DNA of 52,735 bases from Clostridia bacterium (GCA_900772705.1 CAAGRQ010000132.1:1-52735); one strand, 5' to 3'. Shown: positions 29,217-38,972, counted from the stretch's first letter. The notes: generated from the sequence alone by a model not told the origin. Translations and numbers: made by a program.

Positions 29217-30209
29217 TCAATTCTCAGCCAATTCCTTTTCTATCTTTTCTGTCAAATCGGTCTGCAAAAACCAAACCGCCTGCTTAATCGCATTCTTAAA
29301 GGTGCGTGCGTCAGCCGAACCGTGAGCCTTAACCACCGGCTTTTTTATTCCGAGCATAACCGCTCCGCCGTACTCCTTATAATCAAAGCGGGTTTTCATA
29401 TCATTGATTCCCGAGCGAACGCCGAGATACGATAATTTTGAAATCGTATTTTTATAAAAAGCGTCCTTTATTCCCTGCATAAGCACCTTTGCAACGCCCT
29501 CGTAAGTTTTAAGTATCAAGTTGCCGGTAAAGCCGTCGGCTACTACAACATCTGCGTCACCGTAGGGAATTCTTCTGCCCTCTATGTTTCCGATAAAATT
29601 ATACGGCGCTTTTTTCATAAGAGCATACGCCTCTTTAACGGTCGGCGTACCTTTTGTTTCCTCGCTTCCGTTATTTGCAAGTGCAACTTTAGGATTAACC
29701 ACACCCATAATGTTTTTCATATAAAGTGAGCCCAGGAGTCCGAACTGGTAAAGATACTCGCTCTTACATTCGGCGTTTGCACCGCAGTCCATAAGCAAGA
29801 ACGGTTTGTCTGCGCTCGGCATAACGGAGGCAATGGCAGGTCTTTTAACGCCTTTAATTCTCTTTGTTATCAAGGTTGCGCCGACCGTAATGGCACCCGT
29901 GTTTCCTGCACTGACAAAGGCATCGCCCTCGCCGTCGTTGAGCATTTTGAAGCCTACCGACATAGAACTGTCCGGCTTACCTTTAAGCACCGTCTTTGCC
30001 TCGTCGCAGTTACCTATAACCTCAGAGCAATGAACAATATGAAACTTATCAAGCGGCACATTGTTTTTTTCAAAACTGTCTTGCACCGCCTTTTCATCGC
30101 CGAGCAAAATTATCTCGTCAATATCAAATTCCTCGAGTGCAAGAGCACAGCCCTTTATTATCTCATCGGGTGCGTTATCTCCGCCCATTGCGTCAACAAT
30201 AATTTTCAT
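29217..30209 (-). CDS. plsX: Phosphate acyltransferase PlsX
   Basis: VDAMGGDNAP, SAGNTGA, DGFTGN, KAHGS; start at ATG 30209. Confidence 0.95.
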   Translation of the reverse strand: MKIIVDAMGGDNAPDEIIKGCALALEEFDIDEIILLGDEKAVQDSFEKNNVPLDKFHIVHCSEVIGNCDEAKTVLKGKPDSSMSVGFKMLNDGEGDAFVSAGNTGAITVGATLITKRIKGVKRPAIASVMPSADKPFLLMDCGANAECKSEYLYQFGLLGSLYMKNIMGVVNPKVALANNGSEETKGTPTVKEAYALMKKAPYNFIGNIEGRRIPYGDADVVVADGFTGNLILKTYEGVAKVLMQGIKDAFYKNTISKLSYLGVRSGINDMKTRFDYKEYGGAVMLGIKKPVVKAHGSADARTFKNAIKQAVWFLQTDLTEKIEKELAEN

Positions 30210-30216
30210 AAATTTC

Positions 30217-31509
30217 TCATTCCGCCTTTTCAAGCCTGTCAAGTGCACGCCTGCCGAGTGCGGCATAGCGTTCCTTTTTATCTCTGATTTTCGGCTCTAT
30301 GGGAGGAAGTATACCGAAGTTTGCGCCCATAGGCTGAAAATTACTTACGCTCTCGTCGCTGATATATCGTGACAGGGCGCCTATCATATTATTTTCCGAA
30401 AGAACGAGAGGCTCCTCGCCGTTTGCTTTTCTTACGGCATTAATGCCTGCCATAATTCCCGAAGCGGCTGATTCCATATACCCCTCAACGCCTGTAATCT
30501 GCCCCGCAAAGAAAATGTTTTCATTGCTCCTAAGGCTGAAATCGGCATTCAAAAGTCGGGGTGAGTCCAAAAACGAATTGCGGTGCATTACTCCGTACCT
30601 TACAAACTCCGCATTTTCAAGACCGGGTATCATGGAAAACACTCTCTTTTGCTCGCCGAATTTCAAGTTCGTCTGAAATCCGACAAGATTAAACATAGTA
30701 CCCTTGCTGTTCTCACGTCTGAGTTGAACGCACGCCCACGGTCTGTGTCCCGTATTTGGGTCAACGAGTCCGACAGGTTTCATCGGTCCGAAGCGTGGTG
30801 CGTCAAATCCTCTTTTAGCCAGTTTTTCTATCGGCATACAGCCCTCATAGACATCAAAATCGTGAACGACTGCACCCTCTGCATTAATCAGTTCGTTTAT
30901 GAAAGCCTCATATTCCACCTTATTAAACGGACAGTTTACATAATCCTCGTCGCCGCCTCTGTCATATCTCGAAGCGCCGAATGCCTTTGTCATATCAACG
31001 CTTTCTGCGGTGACGATAGGTGCCGCCGCATCATAAAACGAAAGGCAGTCGCCGCACAGTCTTTGTATTTCCTGCGCCAGACTGTCCTCTGTCAAAGGGC
31101 CGGTGGCAATAATCAAAATCTCGTTTTCCTCGGGCTCGATTCTGTCAAAAATCCTGTTCTCGACCGTAATATTCGGATGATTTTTTATCATATCGGTAAC
31201 GGCTGAAGAAAAATCGTTTCTGTCAACGGCAAGTGCTCCCCCGGCAGGCACGGCACATCTGCGTGCAACAGCCACGGTAAGCGAACCGAGACGGAACATT
31301 TCCTCTTTGAGCAGTCCTGCGGCACTTTCGAGCCGTGACGCTTTTAGCGAATTTGAACAGACGAGTTCCGCAAAATTTTCACTTTTATGCGCCGGAGAAA
31401 ATTTTATCGGTTTCATCTCAACGAGAGTGACCGGATAACCGCTCTCCGCTATCTGCCAAGCCGCCTCACACCCTGCAAGACCTGCTCCGACTACTGTAAA
31501 TTTTTTCAT
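30217..31509 (-). CDS. trmFO: Folate/FAD-dependent tRNA m5U54 methyltransferase
   Basis: GAGLAGCEAA, ELVCSNS, EGCMPIE, GQITGVEGY; start at ATG 31509. Confidence 0.95.
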   Translation of the reverse strand: MKKFTVVGAGLAGCEAAWQIAESGYPVTLVEMKPIKFSPAHKSENFAELVCSNSLKASRLESAAGLLKEEMFRLGSLTVAVARRCAVPAGGALAVDRNDFSSAVTDMIKNHPNITVENRIFDRIEPEENEILIIATGPLTEDSLAQEIQRLCGDCLSFYDAAAPIVTAESVDMTKAFGASRYDRGGDEDYVNCPFNKVEYEAFINELINAEGAVVHDFDVYEGCMPIEKLAKRGFDAPRFGPMKPVGLVDPNTGHRPWACVQLRRENSKGTMFNLVGFQTNLKFGEQKRVFSMIPGLENAEFVRYGVMHRNSFLDSPRLLNADFSLRSNENIFFAGQITGVEGYMESAASGIMAGINAVRKANGEEPLVLSENNMIGALSRYISDESVSNFQPMGANFGILPPIEPKIRDKKERYAALGRRALDRLEKAE

Positions 31510-31510
31510 A

Positions 31511-33625
31511 TTACTTTTTCTTTTCCGCCTGCTTTGTGTAGCCGCAGTTTTCGGTATCGGGGCAATAGAGAACATTACCTTTCTTTCTGAACAGCGACTT
31601 TCCGCACTGCGGACAGGTTTCATCTGTAGGTGCGTCCCAGGTCATAAAGTTACATTTTGGATAATTTGAACAGCCGTAAAACGGTGTGCCCCTCTTTGTT
31701 TTCTTTTCTATTACATCACCGCCGCATACCGGACATTTTGCGTTTGTCTTTGTAACGAGCGGCTTTGCGTTTTTGCATTCGGGATAACCGGGGCAAGCAA
31801 GGAATTTTCCGAATCTGCCGACCTTAACGACCATCTTTCTGCCGCATTTTTCGCAGACAACATCGGTTTCTTCTTCCTTGAGTTTTATCTTAACGCCCTG
31901 CATATCTTTCTTTGCTTTTTCGAGCGGCTCAACAAAATCGTCATAGTAAAGCCTTATCATATCGATATAGTTCTTTTCGCCCGAATCAATTTTATCAAGG
32001 TCATCCTCCATCTTTGAGGTATACTTGACATTTACGATATTGGGAATTCTCTCTTTAAGAAGATTGGTTACAGCCTCGCCGAGTTCGGTAGGAACAAACT
32101 GCTTGCCCTCACGAACAACATACTCTTTTGAAAGAATGGTCGATGTGATTGTAACATAAGTAGACGGACGGCCTACACCGTTTTCCTCAAGTGCCTTGGT
32201 AAGAGAAGCCTCCGTATATCTTGCGGGCGGCTGAGTGAAATGCTGATTGCCGAGAATGGATTTGAGTTTGAGCACATCGCCCTTTGCAACGGGAGGAAGC
32301 GGAGATTCGCTGTCCTTCTTTTGGGCGTCATCGGTCTTTTCCTCATAAAGAGCGGTAAAGCCGTCAAACTTAACCGTATATCCGCTTGCCGAAAGGAGAT
32401 AGCCGTTTGCCTTAATCTCAACTTTCATAGTCTCCTGAACGCAGGAAGCCATAAGAGAAGCGATAAATCTCTCCCAAACAAGTTTATAAATCTTATACTG
32501 GTCGGAAGTAAGCGAAGCCTTAACCGACTCGGGAGTTACATTAGGCATAGACGGTCTGATAGCCTCGTGTCCGTCCTGTGCATTTCCTCTTGTCTTATAA
32601 AATCTCGGAGCGGACGGAAGATATTTTTCGCCGTATTCGCTCTTGATAAAATCATTACCTGCGGCTCTTGCCTCGTCGGAAATACGAAGCGAGTCGGTTC
32701 TCATATAGGTAATAAGACCGACGGTACCGAGTCCCTTAACATCAACACCCTCGTAAAGTTCCTGTGCGGCTTTCATAGTTCTTCTTGCCTGGAACGAGAG
32801 GCGGCGAGACGCCTCCTGCTGAAGAGTCGAAGTGATAAACGGCGGTGCGGGATTTTTCTTTCTCGTGCCTTTCTTAACGCTTTCAACAACATACTCTGCG
32901 TTTTCCAAATCGGAAAGCATTTTGTCGGAGGCTTCCTTAGACGGAATCTTGTTCTTATCCGTGCCCACCTTGTTTCCGTCGGCATCCTGTACGAGAACTG
33001 CACCGAATGTTTTTCTGTCGGGCGGATTTGTAAACTTAGCGTCTATCGTCCAATATTCCTCGGGCTTAAAAGCACGAATCTCGTTTTCTCTGTCAACAAC
33101 GAGTCTGAGAGCAACGCTCTGTACTCTGCCTGCCGAAAGTCCTCTGCGAATTTTCTGGCTGACGAACGGAGACAGTTTGTAGCCGATAAGTCTGTCGAGA
33201 ATACGGCGTGCCTGCTGAGCATTGACCAGGTCTATATCAATTTCTCTGGGGTGCGCCATACCGTTTTTAACGCCCGTTTTTGTAATTTCGTTAAATGTAA
33301 CACGATTTTTATCGTCAAGACTCAAATCAAGAATATTTGCAAGATGCCACGAAATTGCCTCTCCCTCACGGTCGGGGTCGGTTGCGAGATATACATATTC
33401 GGCTTTGTCAGCCTTTGTTTTAAGTTCCTCAACAAGAGCCTCTTTGCCCTTTATTACTGCGTACTTTGGCTCAAAGTTATGCTCAATATCAACGCTGAGC
33501 CTTGCCGCAGGGAGGTCACGAACATGACCCATGGATGCGATAACCTCGTATCCGTCGCCCAAATAGCCCTTTATGTTTTTAGCCTTTGCGGGTGACTCCA
33601 CAATTACTAATTTTGACTTTGCCAT
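31511..33625 (-). CDS. topA: DNA topoisomerase I
   Basis: IVESPAKA, ATDPDREGE, SAGRVQS, ITYMRTDS, three C4 zinc ribbons. Confidence 0.97.
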   Translation of the reverse strand: MAKSKLVIVESPAKAKNIKGYLGDGYEVIASMGHVRDLPAARLSVDIEHNFEPKYAVIKGKEALVEELKTKADKAEYVYLATDPDREGEAISWHLANILDLSLDDKNRVTFNEITKTGVKNGMAHPREIDIDLVNAQQARRILDRLIGYKLSPFVSQKIRRGLSAGRVQSVALRLVVDRENEIRAFKPEEYWTIDAKFTNPPDRKTFGAVLVQDADGNKVGTDKNKIPSKEASDKMLSDLENAEYVVESVKKGTRKKNPAPPFITSTLQQEASRRLSFQARRTMKAAQELYEGVDVKGLGTVGLITYMRTDSLRISDEARAAGNDFIKSEYGEKYLPSAPRFYKTRGNAQDGHEAIRPSMPNVTPESVKASLTSDQYKIYKLVWERFIASLMASCVQETMKVEIKANGYLLSASGYTVKFDGFTALYEEKTDDAQKKDSESPLPPVAKGDVLKLKSILGNQHFTQPPARYTEASLTKALEENGVGRPSTYVTITSTILSKEYVVREGKQFVPTELGEAVTNLLKERIPNIVNVKYTSKMEDDLDKIDSGEKNYIDMIRLYYDDFVEPLEKAKKDMQGVKIKLKEEETDVVCEKCGRKMVVKVGRFGKFLACPGYPECKNAKPLVTKTNAKCPVCGGDVIEKKTKRGTPFYGCSNYPKCNFMTWDAPTDETCPQCGKSLFRKKGNVLYCPDTENCGYTKQAEKKK

Positions 33626-33700
33626 TATTAAAAATCCTTTCGGTTAATGTTAATAAAAATATTTTTCAAGCAGTTAAAAAACGAATGCTAAGTACCGCTT

Positions 33701-34909
33701 TCACGCTTGCTTTTTTCTGTATCTTTTTCCTATGCCTGCTTCTGCCAAACCATCGAGTTCAAGCATAGTCAGCGACATAAGCACATTTTTTACATCCAGA
33801 TTTGCCCTTGCGGCTATACTGTCAATATCGGTATAACCATCGCTCAGAGCGTCATAAACCGTCTTTTCGTTGCCGGTAATTTTTGCGGCGGTCTGAATCA
33901 TTTTGTCCTGATTGTCTCTGTGCTCGTCTATTTTATCAAACGAGAGTTGTTCGTCTTTTTCAAATGGAATATCCCTCTCTTTATATTCATCCGAGAGAAG
34001 TTCCTCAAAAGAAGCCGACTTTGATATATCGAGCGTGCGATATTTTTCCTTATAGTGAGACAGTAAAACATTCATTGATGTAACGGGAATTGCGCCGTCC
34101 TCAATCAGTTTATTCGTTCCGTTAAACCCTGTATCGAATATGCTCGAGGGAAGAACAAAAATATCTCTGCCCTGGTCTGCGGCAAAAGAAGCGGTAATCA
34201 GCGAGCCGCTTTTTATCCCTGCTTCTGCGACAAACACGGCATCCGAAAGTCCGCTTATGATTCTGTTTCTTGCAGGAAATGTATATTTACTTGCCTGAGT
34301 GCCGGGCGGATATTCGCTGATAAGAGCACCGTTTGCGGCTATGCGCCGCCTCAAATCCGCATTGCTCATAAGATAATTTGCACCCAGACCACAGCCGAGA
34401 ACCGCAACGGTTTTTCCGCCGCCCTCGAGTGCTCCTTCGTGAGACGCCGTATCTATCCCGAGTGCACCTCCGCTCACGACAACGCCGCCGCATCTTGCAA
34501 CACCCTTTGCTATAACCTTAGAAGCTTTAAGCGCATAAGGCGACGCCTTTCGTGTGCCGACCGAACCGAAGGTTAGTGAATTATCTATATCCGGAAGATT
34601 GCCGCTGACATAAAGCACGGCAGGCGGATTGTAAATATTTTTCAGCTTAACGGGATATTCGCTGTCCTCATAAGTTATTATATTCCAGCCGTTTTTCTTA
34701 CACTTATCGACAATTTTCTTTGCGTCGTTTAGGGTGAACTCCTCACTTTTGCGAATCATATTATCATTCAATTCGGGACAACATTTTTTCTGCAAATAAT
34801 TACTCTCGTAAAACGCTTCTATGCTCCCGAAATAATCGAGCACATTATCAAAACATCTTGCACAGCCTATACAATGCTGAAGCCAAATCCAGTAAAGCAC
34901 ATCACTCAT
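33701..34909 (-). CDS. dprA: DNA-processing protein DprA/Smf
   Basis: VGTRKAS, VSGGALGID, FPARNRIISGLS, SGSLITA; start at ATG 34909 overlapping the upstream stop. Confidence 0.93.
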   Translation of the reverse strand: MSDVLYWIWLQHCIGCARCFDNVLDYFGSIEAFYESNYLQKKCCPELNDNMIRKSEEFTLNDAKKIVDKCKKNGWNIITYEDSEYPVKLKNIYNPPAVLYVSGNLPDIDNSLTFGSVGTRKASPYALKASKVIAKGVARCGGVVVSGGALGIDTASHEGALEGGGKTVAVLGCGLGANYLMSNADLRRRIAANGALISEYPPGTQASKYTFPARNRIISGLSDAVFVAEAGIKSGSLITASFAADQGRDIFVLPSSIFDTGFNGTNKLIEDGAIPVTSMNVLLSHYKEKYRTLDISKSASFEELLSDEYKERDIPFEKDEQLSFDKIDEHRDNQDKMIQTAAKITGNEKTVYDALSDGYTDIDSIAARANLDVKNVLMSLTMLELDGLAEAGIGKRYRKKQA

Positions 34910-35676
34910 CTGAGCATCTCCCACATAGTAATCGAAGCGGCAACGCTTGCATTAAGGCTCTCTGCTCTGCCGAGCATCGGTATGGTAATGAGCGAGTCGC
35001 AAGCCGCCTTAACGCTGTCCTCTACTCCGTTTGCCTCATTTCCGATAACGCAAAGCGTTTTGCCCGAAAAATCAATATCCGTAATCTTAGTTTCCCTGCT
35101 GTCGGGAACCGTAGCATAAGTTGCAAAACCGAGCGAAGATAAGTCTTTTATCAGTTGCGTAAGATTATCTGTTTTAACCGTATTCATTCTGAGCACCGAA
35201 CCCATACTTGCCCTGATTGCTTTCGGATTGTAAACATCACAGCCGGAATAAACTATGACGCTGTCAATCCCGAGTGCCTCCGCCGAGCGGATTATCGCAC
35301 CGACATTTGACGGGTCCTGAACATTATCGAGTGCTATCGCCTTGTTTTTTATTTTGTTTTCGCCGTCTCGCATTTTAACGGTAAGGAATATGCCCTGCGG
35401 ACTCTTTGTGTCGCTGAGTTTTTCGGCGATTTCCTCGGTAATCATATACGAGCCGCCGCAGCGACTTATGAGCGCATTTATTTCAGAGGGATATTTTTTT
35501 ATTATATTCTCGGTATAAAACACATTCTCAGGCTCATAAACTGAATTAAGGACATCAAAGCATAGCCTTGCCCCCTCCAAAACAAAGCGTTTTTCTTCGG
35601 CTCTTGCTTTAGATGAGGTAAAGAGTTTTTTGGTGTCCTTAATTATTGTATTGTTTTTGCTCGTGATTTTTTCCAT
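34906..35676 (-). CDS. TrmH/SpoU-family RNA methyltransferase
   Basis: QDPSNVGAIIRSA, KAIRASMG, IGNEANG, ESLNASVA; start at ATG 35676 after AGGAG. Confidence 0.93.
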   Translation of the reverse strand: MEKITSKNNTIIKDTKKLFTSSKARAEEKRFVLEGARLCFDVLNSVYEPENVFYTENIIKKYPSEINALISRCGGSYMITEEIAEKLSDTKSPQGIFLTVKMRDGENKIKNKAIALDNVQDPSNVGAIIRSAEALGIDSVIVYSGCDVYNPKAIRASMGSVLRMNTVKTDNLTQLIKDLSSLGFATYATVPDSRETKITDIDFSGKTLCVIGNEANGVEDSVKAACDSLITIPMLGRAESLNASVAASITMWEMLR

Positions 35677-35772
35677 ACACATCTCCTGTGCCATATTTTG
35701 CAACTTATTTTGCTTTTTCGTTTAATTAAAATCACCAAACGGCATTTGTGATACACTATTATATTTTTATAT

Positions 35773-35801
35773 AATATACATTATAATTAAAAAAATTTCA
35801 A
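35773..35801 (-). promoter_or_regulatory. Putative sigma-A promoter heading the long minus-strand run
   Basis: Minus strand TTGAAA, 17 bp, TATATT in an AT-rich region. Confidence 0.5.
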
Positions 35802-35822
35802 TACCTATTTTGATTTTTTAAG

Positions 35823-35851
35823 TTGACGGACAAAGCTATTTGTTTTATAAT
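35823..35851 (+). promoter_or_regulatory. Sigma-A promoter of the kinase-like gene
   Basis: TTGACG, 17 bp, TATAAT. Confidence 0.7.
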
Positions 35852-35887
35852 CACAATAGATAAATATTTTTATAAAGGAATTTTACT

Positions 35888-36613
35888 ATGCCATTTTACG
35901 ACATCGCAAATCTCAGAGTTGAAATAATCGGCCCTAAAGGCAGAACAAAAAAGCAGGCGATTCCCTATCTTTCAAAGAATCAAAGTTCCGATTCTGCACC
36001 CGACATTGTAATTAATGTTGATGAACAGAGGGTAAAAAATGCTATGGCGGAGCACCCCGAACTCACCCAGGGCGACTGGGAATATATGATAACGGGAAGT
36101 GATTTTTACACGGCTCTCATAGGCTTTGACGGCATTCTGCTTCATTCGTCATGCGTAGTCGTAGACGGCGTGGCATACGCATTCAGTGCGGACAGCGGCA
36201 CGGGCAAATCGACTCACACCCAACTTTGGCTCAAGCACTTCGGCGACAGAGCATACATATTAAACGATGACAAACCGGCTATCAGAATCATAGACGGCAA
36301 GCCATATGCCTGCGGCACTCCGTGGAGCGGAAAATACGATTATTCCACACCGGCCGTCGTGCCTCTGGGCGGAATCTGCTTTTTGAGCAGAAGCGAAACG
36401 AACCAAATAAAGCCTGCCGATACGGGAAGAGCCATTTACAACATCTTTTCGCAAACCATCAGACGACTCGGCGAAAACGGAATGAACAAACTTATGGATA
36501 ATCTGAACGAACTGTTCAAACTTGTGCCGATTTACGATCTCGGCTGTAATATGAGCGATGAAGCCGTGCTTTGCTCATATAACGCAATGAAAAGAGAAGT
36601 AACGGATATTTAA
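35888..36613 (+). CDS. HPr-kinase-like P-loop protein (ScmC/lasso-cluster kinase-like)
   Basis: LLHSS, FSADSGTGKSTH, LNDDKPAIR, GTPWSGK. Confidence 0.75.
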   Translation: MPFYDIANLRVEIIGPKGRTKKQAIPYLSKNQSSDSAPDIVINVDEQRVKNAMAEHPELTQGDWEYMITGSDFYTALIGFDGILLHSSCVVVDGVAYAFSADSGTGKSTHTQLWLKHFGDRAYILNDDKPAIRIIDGKPYACGTPWSGKYDYSTPAVVPLGGICFLSRSETNQIKPADTGRAIYNIFSQTIRRLGENGMNKLMDNLNELFKLVPIYDLGCNMSDEAVLCSYNAMKREVTDI

Positions 36614-36667
36614 TAAAAAACAGAAAATCAAATTAATAACAATCCGAAAACAGCATGTTCTTTAAGT

Positions 36668-36708
36668 AAAAATCGGAATGCAAAAAAGTATTTGCATTCC
36701 GATTTTTT
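36668..36708. terminator. Bidirectional terminator between convergent genes
   Basis: AAAAATCGGAATGCAAA...TTTGCATTCCGATTTTT. Confidence 0.85.
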
Positions 36709-37391
36709 TAATTTATATTATTTCTCAAATCCTCCAGCACCTTTTTTTCGATTCTCGAAACATAGGAACGGCTGATATTAAGCCTTTCGGCAACTTCTCG
36801 CTGAGTGAGCGGTTTTGCATTATTCAAGCCGTAGCGAAGAATAATAATTTCCTTTTCCCTCTCGTCCGTCATATTCCTGATAAGTTCGGTCATTTCGCCT
36901 ATTCTGCGTTTTTTCTCCAACTCCTCGACTATATCCGTATCGTCGCTGATTAAATCTTCCACGGTAAGTGGATTGCCCTGCTTATCGGTTTCTAAGGTGT
37001 CACCCATAAATATCTCGCCGTTCTGTTTTTTGAGACTCCTGAAATACATCAAAATCTCATTTTCCACGCACCTCGAGGCATAAGTAGAAAGGCGTGTGCC
37101 CTTTGTATAATCAAAACTGTCAACCGCTTTAATCAGCCCTATTGTACCGATGGAAATCAAGTCCTCGTTATCATTTGTCTTTGAATAATATTTTTTGCAA
37201 ATATGACTGACTAGACGCAGATTACGCTCTATAAGCACCGCTCTGGCATCAGGGTCGCCTTGTGCCATTCTGCCGAGATACTCCCTCTCCTCTTTTGCCG
37301 ACAGCGGTTTCGGAAAGCAAGAGGAACTTTGGATATGCAGAATAAAAAACATTATATTTGCGCCGATAAAACTGAAAAATGCCGATAACAT
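36708..37391 (-). CDS. sigK: Sporulation sigma factor K (pro-form)
   Basis: Hydrophobic pro-sequence, FPKPLS, LIERNLRLVSHICKKY, TYASRCVENEILM, TQREVA..ISRSYVSRIEKK. Confidence 0.88.
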   Translation of the reverse strand: MLSAFFSFIGANIMFFILHIQSSSCFPKPLSAKEEREYLGRMAQGDPDARAVLIERNLRLVSHICKKYYSKTNDNEDLISIGTIGLIKAVDSFDYTKGTRLSTYASRCVENEILMYFRSLKKQNGEIFMGDTLETDKQGNPLTVEDLISDDTDIVEELEKKRRIGEMTELIRNMTDEREKEIIILRYGLNNAKPLTQREVAERLNISRSYVSRIEKKVLEDLRNNIN

Positions 37392-37409
37392 AAAATCCTC
37401 TCCCCGTCA

Positions 37410-37438
37410 ATACTATGACAGAAAGAGGTTTTTAATTC
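37410..37438 (-). promoter_or_regulatory. Putative sigma-E-type promoter of sigK
   Basis: Minus strand GAATTAA, 14 bp, CATAGTAT, just upstream of the GAGAGGA RBS. Confidence 0.55.
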
Positions 37439-37450
37439 CGATTTAATTAT

Positions 37451-38008
37451 TTACTTAACAAATTTTTTCAGCCTGTTAGCCAAAATGCAGGCAACAACTA
37501 TCTTTACAATATCCGGCACGATATACGGAGCAACGCACAAGCCAAAGATATAAGAGAATGTAACTGCCGTTTTTGACTGCATATAAATAAAGAACCACAC
37601 GCTGCCGAACGCATAGCAAACCGCAATGCCGAGCACCATTGACAGTGCAAGAGCCCAAATTTTTCCGTTAAATTTTTCGCTGAACAGTCCGACAATTACA
37701 GCGGTAAAAATAAAGCCGACAATATATCCGCCCGTAGGTCCCGCAAGAACGCCAAAGCCCGACTTAAATCCGGCAAATACAGGCACGCCGATTGCGCCGA
37801 GAAGTATGTAAATCAAAGTTGAACACACCGCTCTTTTTGTCTTAAACAGTCCCGCAACAAGGCAAACGGCAAGGGTTTGCAGTGTAATCGGAATTTCGCC
37901 TATCGGTATCGAAATCCACGCACAAACCGCCATAAGGGCGGCGCCGAGCGCAATGTAAATCATATCTATTGTTTTAATCTTTTTTGTTTTCTTTTCTGTT
38001 TTTTCCAT
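37451..38008 (-). CDS. bioY: Biotin ECF transporter S component
   Basis: IPITLQTL, GAIGVPVFAG, GPTGGYIVGF, PYIVPDIVK. Confidence 0.93.
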   Translation of the reverse strand: MEKTEKKTKKIKTIDMIYIALGAALMAVCAWISIPIGEIPITLQTLAVCLVAGLFKTKRAVCSTLIYILLGAIGVPVFAGFKSGFGVLAGPTGGYIVGFIFTAVIVGLFSEKFNGKIWALALSMVLGIAVCYAFGSVWFFIYMQSKTAVTFSYIFGLCVAPYIVPDIVKIVVACILANRLKKFVK

Positions 38009-38055
38009 AACAGCCTCCTAAAAATTGCTGAAAATATTGTACCATAAAAAACATA

Positions 38056-38089
38056 ATTGTCAACCAAATTTTATATTTAAGTTTACAAT
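38056..38089. promoter_or_regulatory. BirA operator
   Basis: ATTGTCAAC-N16-GTTTACAAT directly upstream of bioY; fits the Firmicutes BirA site pattern. Confidence 0.75.
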
Positions 38090-38097
38090 CGTTCCGT

Positions 38098-38126
38098 TTG
38101 ACTTATTTTTTAATACATAGTATACT
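38098..38126 (+). promoter_or_regulatory. Sigma-A promoter with predicted +1 at the start codon
   Basis: TTGACT, 17 bp, TATACT, then 6 nt to ATG 38133. Confidence 0.65.
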
Positions 38127-38132
38127 TTAACT

Positions 38133-38936
38133 ATGAAAGAATTAGCAGAAAAAATCGACTTAAACGATAACCTTTGTGCCTCGGTTTTAAGCCTGTGCGA
38201 AAAACAAGAAAACAAAATAAACAAACTGGCAAAAAAATGCACACAGCACGGTTTTTCCGCCTTGGCGCATCAAAATGATTTAATGAAACTTGCCGTATGC
38301 CTGACCTGCGCAAAACATACAAAAGAGCAGTACAAACGTCTAAAGATAAGCGATGATATTTTTTACGACACAATGAGAGACATTCGCATCTGGTGCGAAA
38401 ACAACGGCAACAAAGGGCTGAAAAACTACGCCTGGATACAAAACCATTTGAAAACGGAACTGTTCAGGTTGGGCAGACTGCAATTTCAGTTTTACACCTG
38501 CAACAATCCGCTTTACGATTATTCCCGTCTTCCGTTTAATAAGGGAGAAAAAACGATATTTGTCCACATACCGCAGGGTGAGAGGCTGATATATTCGGAC
38601 TGTGTGAACTCGCTGAAAACGGCAAAGGCATTTTTCGCCGAGCATTTTCCCGATTACGATTACAAATTTTTCATTTGCGAAAGTTGGCTTTTATACGAGG
38701 ATAATTGGCGTTTTATGAAAAGCGGATGCAATATTCTCCAATTTCAATCACTGTTTGATATTGTAATGTCGAGCACCGATGACCGACAGTCAATCGAGCG
38801 AATTTTCGGCAAAAGGCGACTGATAAAAAAGAACTATCCCGAAAACACCTCACTGCAAAAAAGCGCAAAAAAATTTATGCTCGACGGCGGAAAAATGGGC
38901 GAAGGATTAGGCGTCATAAACAAAAACGAAATATAA
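38133..38936 (+). CDS. Acyltransferase-domain protein (DUF5596/GNAT_C-like)
   Basis: LFRLGRLQF, VHIPQG, FICESWLL, NILQFQ, ENTSLQK. Confidence 0.75.
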   Translation: MKELAEKIDLNDNLCASVLSLCEKQENKINKLAKKCTQHGFSALAHQNDLMKLAVCLTCAKHTKEQYKRLKISDDIFYDTMRDIRIWCENNGNKGLKNYAWIQNHLKTELFRLGRLQFQFYTCNNPLYDYSRLPFNKGEKTIFVHIPQGERLIYSDCVNSLKTAKAFFAEHFPDYDYKFFICESWLLYEDNWRFMKSGCNILQFQSLFDIVMSSTDDRQSIERIFGKRRLIKKNYPENTSLQKSAKKFMLDGGKMGEGLGVINKNEI

Positions 38937-38972
38937 GCATACTGTCTGTAAAATATTTAGACACGCTGATAT

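Noticed and set aside
32240..33595. 451-aa plus-strand ORF
   Set aside because: Entirely antisense to topA with no recognisable motifs; a shadow ORF.
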